Virus record (IMG/VR): IMGVR_UViG_3300036765_000035
Reading direction: 5' to 3' (one strand)
Origin: a virus
Length of the DNA stretch: 64,000 nt
The notes beneath the pieces were generated by a model. It had not been told where the DNA came from and searched no databases. It saw only the letters and a list, made by a program, of their open reading frames with translations. A program made the translations under genes and the position numbers. Below, one piece after another: positions 60,536 to 64,000 of this stretch (its first letter is position 1; the number at the start of each line of letters is the position of its first letter).

Positions 60536-60642
60536 AATTATTTTAAAAAAATATAAAAATGTAAGTTATTGAATTTAAATGAAATTTTTATATATTAGAA
60601 CATTTTTTTAATTTTTTTTTGAAAAAAATATAAATAAAAGTA

Positions 60643-60670
60643 TTGACATAATAAAATTATTATGTATAAT
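60643..60670 (+). promoter_or_regulatory. Consensus sigma70 promoter (TTGACA, 16 nt, TATAAT)
   Basis: tatTGACAtaataaaattattatgTATAATgc. Confidence 0.6.
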
Positions 60671-60705
60671 GCACAATATTAATTAAATAAAGAAAAATAA
60701 TATTT

Positions 60706-60831
60706 ATGAAACAGCTAAAATCACAATTTGTTATTAAACAGAAACTTGGTAATTCGTTACCGAGTGAGCGTGATTATGCGTATAATTTTCATAGACAAAA
60801 AACGCTTCTTTGTTACAGGTGCATTAGATAA
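60706..60831 (+). CDS. Short transcription unit (promoter to terminator, about 200 nt) encoding either a 41-aa basic peptide or a small RNA
   Basis: ATG at 60706, translated MKQLKSQFVIKQKLGNSLPSERDYAYNFHRQKTLLCYRCIR. Bracketed by a consensus promoter and the 60859 terminator. Below the ORF-track size cutoff. Confidence 0.3.
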   Translation: MKQLKSQFVIKQKLGNSLPSERDYAYNFHRQKTLLCYRCIR

Positions 60832-60858
60832 AAAAAATAAATTACCTATAATCAAAGA

Positions 60859-60882
60859 AGCAGTCAAAAAGACTGCTTTTTT
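60859..60882 (+). terminator. Rho-independent terminator (AGCAGTC-aaaaa-GACTGCT plus TTTTTT)
   Basis: 7-bp perfect stem and T6 run. Confidence 0.65.
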
Positions 60883-60907
60883 GCTTTAAGAGATTAAGAA
60901 AATAAAT

Positions 60908-60923
60908 GTTCACAAATGTGAAC
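60908..60923. promoter_or_regulatory. 16-bp palindrome GTTCACA-AA-TGTGAAC (operator-like) just upstream of the tRNA cluster
   Basis: 7-2-7 perfect inverted repeat. Confidence 0.45.
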
Positions 60924-61014
60924 CCAATAACGAAATGTTATTGATGATATCATGAAATGTGGTATCAGGTGAAAATAGTTCATTAACAATTTGGAATAAA
61001 TGTTAATTTAGTGA

Positions 61015-61089
61015 GAACCAGTCGTCCAACGGTTAAGACGCTAGACTTTCAATCTGGTAATGGGGGTTCGATTCCCCTCTGGTTCTCCA
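61015..61089 (+). tRNA. tRNA-Glu (anticodon UUC), CCA encoded
   Basis: Acceptor GAACCAG/CTGGTTC, D-stem CGTC/GACG, anticodon stem CTAGA/TCTGG, loop CTTTCAA, T-arm GGGGG-TTCGATT-CCCCT. Confidence 0.65.
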
Positions 61090-61154
61090 ATCTTTTATTT
61101 TTTAATATTAAAAGATTCATAAATAAAATATTATGAAACTTGAAAATATATTAT

Positions 61155-61229
61155 GTGGGTTGTAGCTTAATGGCAAAGCAGAAGTTTGTGGCACTTCTGA
61201 TACGAGTTCGATTCTCGTCAATCCACCCA
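61155..61229 (+). tRNA. tRNA-His (anticodon GUG) with encoded G-1 and CCA
   Basis: G-1 opposite discriminator C. Acceptor TGGGTTG/CAATCCA, D-arm GCTT-AATGGCA-AAGC, anticodon arm GAAGT-TTGTGGC-ACTTC, T-arm ACGAG-TTCGATT-CTCGT. Confidence 0.8.
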
Positions 61230-61333
61230 ATATAAAAATGGTTGTTGAAATATACTAGCATGGTGGTAGCTAACCACCACATTAAATAATTAAAAAGCGT
61301 TCGACTTGGAGAAGTCAGAAAAACAATCATTTT

Positions 61334-61407
61334 GGGGATATCGTCTAATGGGAGGATAAAACTGTTGCATAGTTTAGATTTCGGTTCGAATCCGAATATC
61401 TCCACCA
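61334..61407 (+). tRNA. tRNA-Ala (anticodon UGC), CCA encoded
   Basis: Acceptor GGGGATA/TATCTCC, anticodon arm AAACT-GTTGCAT-AGTTT, T-arm TTCGG-TTCGAAT-CCGAA. Confidence 0.75.
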
Positions 61408-61413
61408 ATTTTT

Positions 61414-61491
61414 CTCTGTGTAGCTTTAATCTGGTAGAGCACTCGTTTTGGGAACGAGGGGTTAGAGGTTCGAATCCTCTCACGGAGACCA
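61414..61491 (+). tRNA. tRNA-Pro (anticodon UGG), CCA encoded
   Basis: Acceptor CTCTGTG/CACGGAG, anticodon arm CTCGT-TTTGGGA-ACGAG, T-arm AGAGG-TTCGAAT-CCTCT. Confidence 0.75.
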
Positions 61492-61636
61492 AACATAAAA
61501 AAATGAAAGAGTAAAAATAAATAGAGTAAAGATATATATTTCACATAAGTGCATTCCCTATTAAGATGTTAATAGAACGAAGGTTGTAAAAGGTCAATTA
61601 AATGTATATCGGTGAGACATCACTACTCTATTTTTT

Positions 61637-61727
61637 GGATGTGCGGTGACGATGGTGGTGTCACGGCAGACTGTAAATCTGTCCCCTCTGGGTAACATTG
61701 TAGGTTCGAATCCTACCGCATCCACCA
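61637..61727 (+). tRNA. tRNA-Tyr (anticodon GUA), type II with a long variable arm, CCA encoded
   Basis: Acceptor GGATGTG/CGCATCC, anticodon arm GCAGA-CTGTAAA-TCTGT, long variable region, T-arm TAGG-TTCGAAT-CCTA. The D-arm region is slightly irregular. Confidence 0.6.
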
Positions 61728-61821
61728 ATTTTTAAACCTCATTTAACAATAGGAAAAATGGTTTGAATAAATATATAAATACACATATAAATAAATATTT
61801 ATAACCATTAGAGGAATTATT

Positions 61822-62460
61822 ATGAGTCACAAAGAATTGTTGCATAAAATTATTGAAAATATTATTGAAGGTAGAACTGAAGATAATGATAGGTTGTTTT
61901 CAGAATACTTAACTAAAAAATCTAAAGATGTATTATTGGAGAAACATGAAGTTATAGTAAAAGAAGAATGGTCACCATCTGATATACGTTCCTTCATTCA
62001 GGGTATTTCTGATAAAACATTATATAATGCAGAGATAACAAATACATATGATGAAATTTTAAATATGATGCACCGTTATGGTGTTATTGATTTGAATCAC
62101 GATGATTATAAGCAAGTAATTAAGTACATTAAAAAGTTCAGCAAAGAAAAGGATTTTGATAAATTATATCAAAAATTTAGAGAAGAAGATGGTGCATATG
62201 ACAAAAAAAATCTATATGCATATTTAGATACTTTATCTTCAGATAAAGTCTTTAATCTTGGAAATAAAGAAAATATGATGAACCATGCAACGATTAAATA
62301 TTTGTTTGATAAAGAAATAATTAACTTTAATGCTAGAATCAATAATGAAGACAATATCGACTTATTAAAAAGTGCTATTAGAGATTATTGGAAAAATACA
62401 CATGACCAAGAATATATTAAACAAAAAGAATTGATTAAACGTAATTATGGAATTGAATAA
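61822..62460 (+). CDS. Hypothetical protein encoded inside the tRNA cluster, flanked by a repeated tRNA 3'-end motif
   Basis: 212-aa ORF with a consensus-like RBS (AGAGGAattattATG). Confidence 0.45.
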   Translation: MSHKELLHKIIENIIEGRTEDNDRLFSEYLTKKSKDVLLEKHEVIVKEEWSPSDIRSFIQGISDKTLYNAEITNTYDEILNMMHRYGVIDLNHDDYKQVIKYIKKFSKEKDFDKLYQKFREEDGAYDKKNLYAYLDTLSSDKVFNLGNKENMMNHATIKYLFDKEIINFNARINNEDNIDLLKSAIRDYWKNTHDQEYIKQKELIKRNYGIE

Positions 62461-62488
62461 TAACATTAAAGAAGGGTAATATTGAGAT

Positions 62489-62502
62489 ATCCACCAATTT
62501 TT
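62489..62502 (+). repeat. Orphan copy of the tRNA 3'-end motif ATCCACCAATTTTT (also at 61721-61734 after tRNA-Tyr; CCACCAATTTTT also follows tRNA-Ala at 61403-61414)
   Basis: 14-nt direct repeat bracketing the 61822..62460 gene. No tRNA body precedes this copy. Confidence 0.6.
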
Positions 62503-62513
62503 TATAAAAAAGG

Positions 62514-62541
62514 TTGACAGTTTAAATTAAATCATTATAAT
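62514..62541 (+). promoter_or_regulatory. Consensus sigma70 promoter (TTGACA, 16 nt, TATAAT) upstream of the second tRNA group
   Basis: aggTTGACAgtttaaattaaatcatTATAATataaaa. Confidence 0.6.
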
Positions 62542-62571
62542 ATAAAAAACATTATAATTATGTTGGGTGTG

Positions 62572-62649
62572 GGATAAAGTTGGAGCGTTACAACTGAATA
62601 TAAATCAGTTCCCGTTAATGGAAAGTAGGTTAGAATCCTACCTCATCCT
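62572..62649 (+). tRNA. tRNA-like element, probably a degenerate/pseudo-tRNA. Acceptor has mismatches, T-loop TTAGAAT lacks C56, anticodon loop ATATAAA, long variable region.
   Basis: T-arm GTAGG-TTAGAAT-CCTAC and anticodon arm ACTGA-ATATAAA-TCAGT fold well. The acceptor GGATAAA vs CTCATCC pairs at only 5 of 7 positions. Confidence 0.3.
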
Positions 62650-62706
62650 CTTAATTATATTAAGAAATTAAACAATTTAATATTATGTACTATAAAATAT
62701 TAATAA

Positions 62707-62781
62707 TGGCAATTAGCTCAGTGTTAGAGCACCACTCATCGGGAGTGGAGGTCAGAGGTTAAATTCCTCTATTGCCAACCA
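62707..62781 (+). tRNA. tRNA, probably Arg (anticodon UCG). The anticodon loop is non-canonical (A at position 33) and the T-loop is TTAAATT.
   Basis: Acceptor TGGCAAT/ATTGCCA perfect, D-arm GCTC-AGTGTTA-GAGC, anticodon arm CCACT-CATCGGG-AGTGG, T-arm AGAGG-TTAAATT-CCTCT, CCA encoded. Confidence 0.5.
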
Positions 62782-62804
62782 GATTTTGTAAATAAAAATA
62801 TAAT

Positions 62805-62880
62805 GGGTCTGTAGTTTAATTGGAAAAACACAATACTTTTAATATTGAAGCTTTCCGTTCAAGTCGGAACAGACCCACCA
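62805..62880 (+). tRNA. tRNA-Lys (anticodon UUU), CCA encoded
   Basis: Acceptor GGGTCTG/CAGACCC perfect, D-arm GTTT-AATTGGAA-AAAC, anticodon arm CAATA-CTTTTAA-TATTG, T-arm TTCCG-TTCAAGT-CGGAA. Confidence 0.8.
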
Positions 62881-62901
62881 AATTAAAAAAAAAATATCAT
62901 A

Positions 62902-63540
62902 ATGTACTATTTAATATATAAAACTACAAATATAATTAATGGAAAAATTTATATAGGTGCACATAAAACAAATAATATTGATGATGGTTATATTGGTTCT
63001 GGAATTAAATTGAATGAAGATATTATTAAATATGGCAAGAATTCTTTTAAAACGGAAATATTGGAATATTTAACAAATTCTGAAGAAATGTATCAAAGAG
63101 AAAAAGAAATAGTGAATGAAGATTTTATCATTAGAGTTGATACATATAACATGATAGTTGGTGGAAGCGGTGGTTGGGAATATGTTAATGATATTTTAGA
63201 TACAGAACACTATAGTCATTCTGGTAAATTAGGAAACAAAGCACTCCAAGAACGTAGGAAAGATAAAGAATGGAATGAAAAATATATCGATAAACTAAGA
63301 GTTGCAAATAAGAAAAAATTTAAAGGAATAAAAAATAGTGAAACAAGTTTTTTAGGAAAAAAACATACTGTTGAAACTAAGAAAAAAATAAGTAACGCAA
63401 ATAAAGGAAATGGTAAAGGTGAGAATAATTCACAATATGGAACAATGTGGATTAATGATGGAATTGTTAGTAAAAAGATAAAAAAAGATGATGAAATACC
63501 TGAAGGGTTTAAAAAAGGTAGAAAAATGAAAAATAAATAA
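62902..63540 (+). CDS. GIY-YIG homing endonuclease with NUMOD3 DNA-binding repeats (Seg-like), located inside the tRNA cluster
   Basis: N-terminus YYLIYKTTNIINGKIYIGAHKT (GIY...YIG). ...R..Y and N motifs follow. C-terminal NUMOD3-like GKKHTVETKKKISNANKG. Confidence 0.8.
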   Translation: MYYLIYKTTNIINGKIYIGAHKTNNIDDGYIGSGIKLNEDIIKYGKNSFKTEILEYLTNSEEMYQREKEIVNEDFIIRVDTYNMIVGGSGGWEYVNDILDTEHYSHSGKLGNKALQERRKDKEWNEKYIDKLRVANKKKFKGIKNSETSFLGKKHTVETKKKISNANKGNGKGENNSQYGTMWINDGIVSKKIKKDDEIPEGFKKGRKMKNK

Positions 63541-63541
63541 T

Positions 63542-63616
63542 GTACTCTTAGCTCAGTTGGTAGAGCATCTCACTGAAGATGAGATGTCCTCGGTTCGAAT
63601 CCGAGAGAGTACACCA
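63542..63616 (+). tRNA. tRNA-Phe (anticodon GAA), CCA encoded
   Basis: Acceptor GTACTCT/AGAGTAC, D-arm GCTC-AGTTGGTA-GAGC, anticodon arm TCTCA-CTGAAGA-TGAGA, T-arm CTCGG-TTCGAAT-CCGAG. Confidence 0.85.
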
Positions 63617-63621
63617 AATAT

Positions 63622-63695
63622 GACTCTATAGTTCAACGGTAGAACGGCTGTCTGTTAAACAGCGAATGAAAGTTCGATTCTTTCTGGAGTCTCCA
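63622..63695 (+). tRNA. tRNA-Asn (anticodon GUU), CCA encoded
   Basis: Acceptor GACTCTA/TGGAGTC, D-arm GTTC-AACGGTA-GAAC, anticodon arm GCTGT-CTGTTAA-ACAGC, T-arm GAAAG-TTCGATT-CTTTC. Confidence 0.8.
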
Positions 63696-63700
63696 AAAAA

Positions 63701-63843
63701 TAAAATAGTGAAATGTTGTGTGATTGTGGAGGTAGGGTTACCCCACGTAAATAACAGAAATACCCAAACAGATGAGTTATGGCAGTAAGAGTGCTCCATG
63801 TAAATAACAAAAATCTCTAAACAGAAATGACATTTCACTATTT
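63701..63843. repeat. 143-bp element bounded by a perfect 14-bp inverted repeat (AAAATAGTGAAATG / CATTTCACTATTTT) and containing two roughly 30-bp direct repeats (CCAyGTAAATAACArAAAT.C..AAACAGA)
   Basis: Inverted and direct repeats read directly from the sequence, immediately 3' of tRNA-Asn. Confidence 0.6.
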
Positions 63844-64000
63844 TATTAATGAAATTGAAATATGAGAAAATGAAATACAATGGTATTTAATTAATACCTA
63901 TATTATATAGAAAAATAACGAATAAATCAAGAATTATTTCTTTTTTCCTTTTAACATAAATATTATAATGATAAAATCAGAACGACACATAATAAAAAGA

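Noticed and set aside
61151-61514. ORFs 61151..61492 (-) and 61332..61514 (+) in the tRNA cluster
   Set aside because: They overlap tRNA-His, tRNA-Ala and tRNA-Pro. Their translations are fragments of tRNA sequence read as protein (for example GFEPLTPRS).
63626-63880. ORF 63626..63880 (-)
   Set aside because: Overlaps tRNA-Asn and the inverted-repeat element. No coding-like composition.

Overview
This window reads as a T4-like (Straboviridae-type) contractile-tailed phage genome from a low-GC host, at roughly 25% GC. The call rests on protein similarities I can read directly in the ORF track and on T4-like gene order.

Core genes. On the minus strand from about 37 kb down to 1.4 kb there is one long late/structural-plus-replication block. 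In transcription order it holds a tape-measure-like protein, a gp5-like central spike with an N-terminal OB-fold, a gp25-like baseplate wedge protein, a gp6-like protein, and a 3454-aa giant baseplate/fibre protein with a Pro/Thr/Ser linker. These are followed by the tail sheath (gp18-like) and tail tube (gp19-like) with a paralog, several unknowns, a family-B DNA polymerase (gp43-like), a sliding-clamp-like protein and an RNase H/flap endonuclease (rnh-like). A second block at 39.8-51.7 kb holds a DinG/XPD-type Fe-S helicase, Rad50/SbcC (gp46) and Mre11/SbcD (gp47), and the late sigma factor gp55. These are followed by a gp53-like protein, the portal (gp20), a gp67-like core protein and the prohead protease (gp21).

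Accessory content. After gp21 the window becomes mosaic. There are two diverged paralogs of a Vsr-like (PD-(D/E)xK) homing endonuclease with NUMOD3-like repeats, one inserted between tube and sheath and one after gp21. A stand-alone tRNA-Trp is followed by a DprA/SLOG-like Rossmann protein. An SPFH/band-7 (flotillin-like) gene is split by an apparently intact IS607-family element encoding a serine-recombinase TnpA and a TnpB with all RuvC motifs and the zinc finger; TnpB is the RNA-guided-nuclease family. A run of small early ORFs follows. The tRNA cluster (Glu, His, Ala, Pro, Tyr, a degenerate tRNA-like element, a likely Arg with a non-canonical loop, Lys, Phe, Asn) contains a GIY-YIG/NUMOD3 Seg-like endonuclease, as segB does in T4.

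Regulatory and non-coding signals. Several perfect sigma70 consensus promoters (TTGACA, 16-17 nt, TATAAT) are visible. One drives the gp55 gene and is overlapped by a 13-3-13 perfect palindrome, which looks like an operator. TATAAATA late-promoter boxes and several bidirectional hairpin terminators sit downstream of highly expressed genes. A roughly 1-kb non-coding region at 38.9-39.8 kb carries tandem iterons, a GC-enriched structured island, and a 13-bp-stem hairpin whose loop contains the hyper-stable GCGAAGC motif; I treat it as a candidate origin or ncRNA locus.

The most notable single item is the IS607-like TnpA+TnpB element inside a phage SPFH gene.
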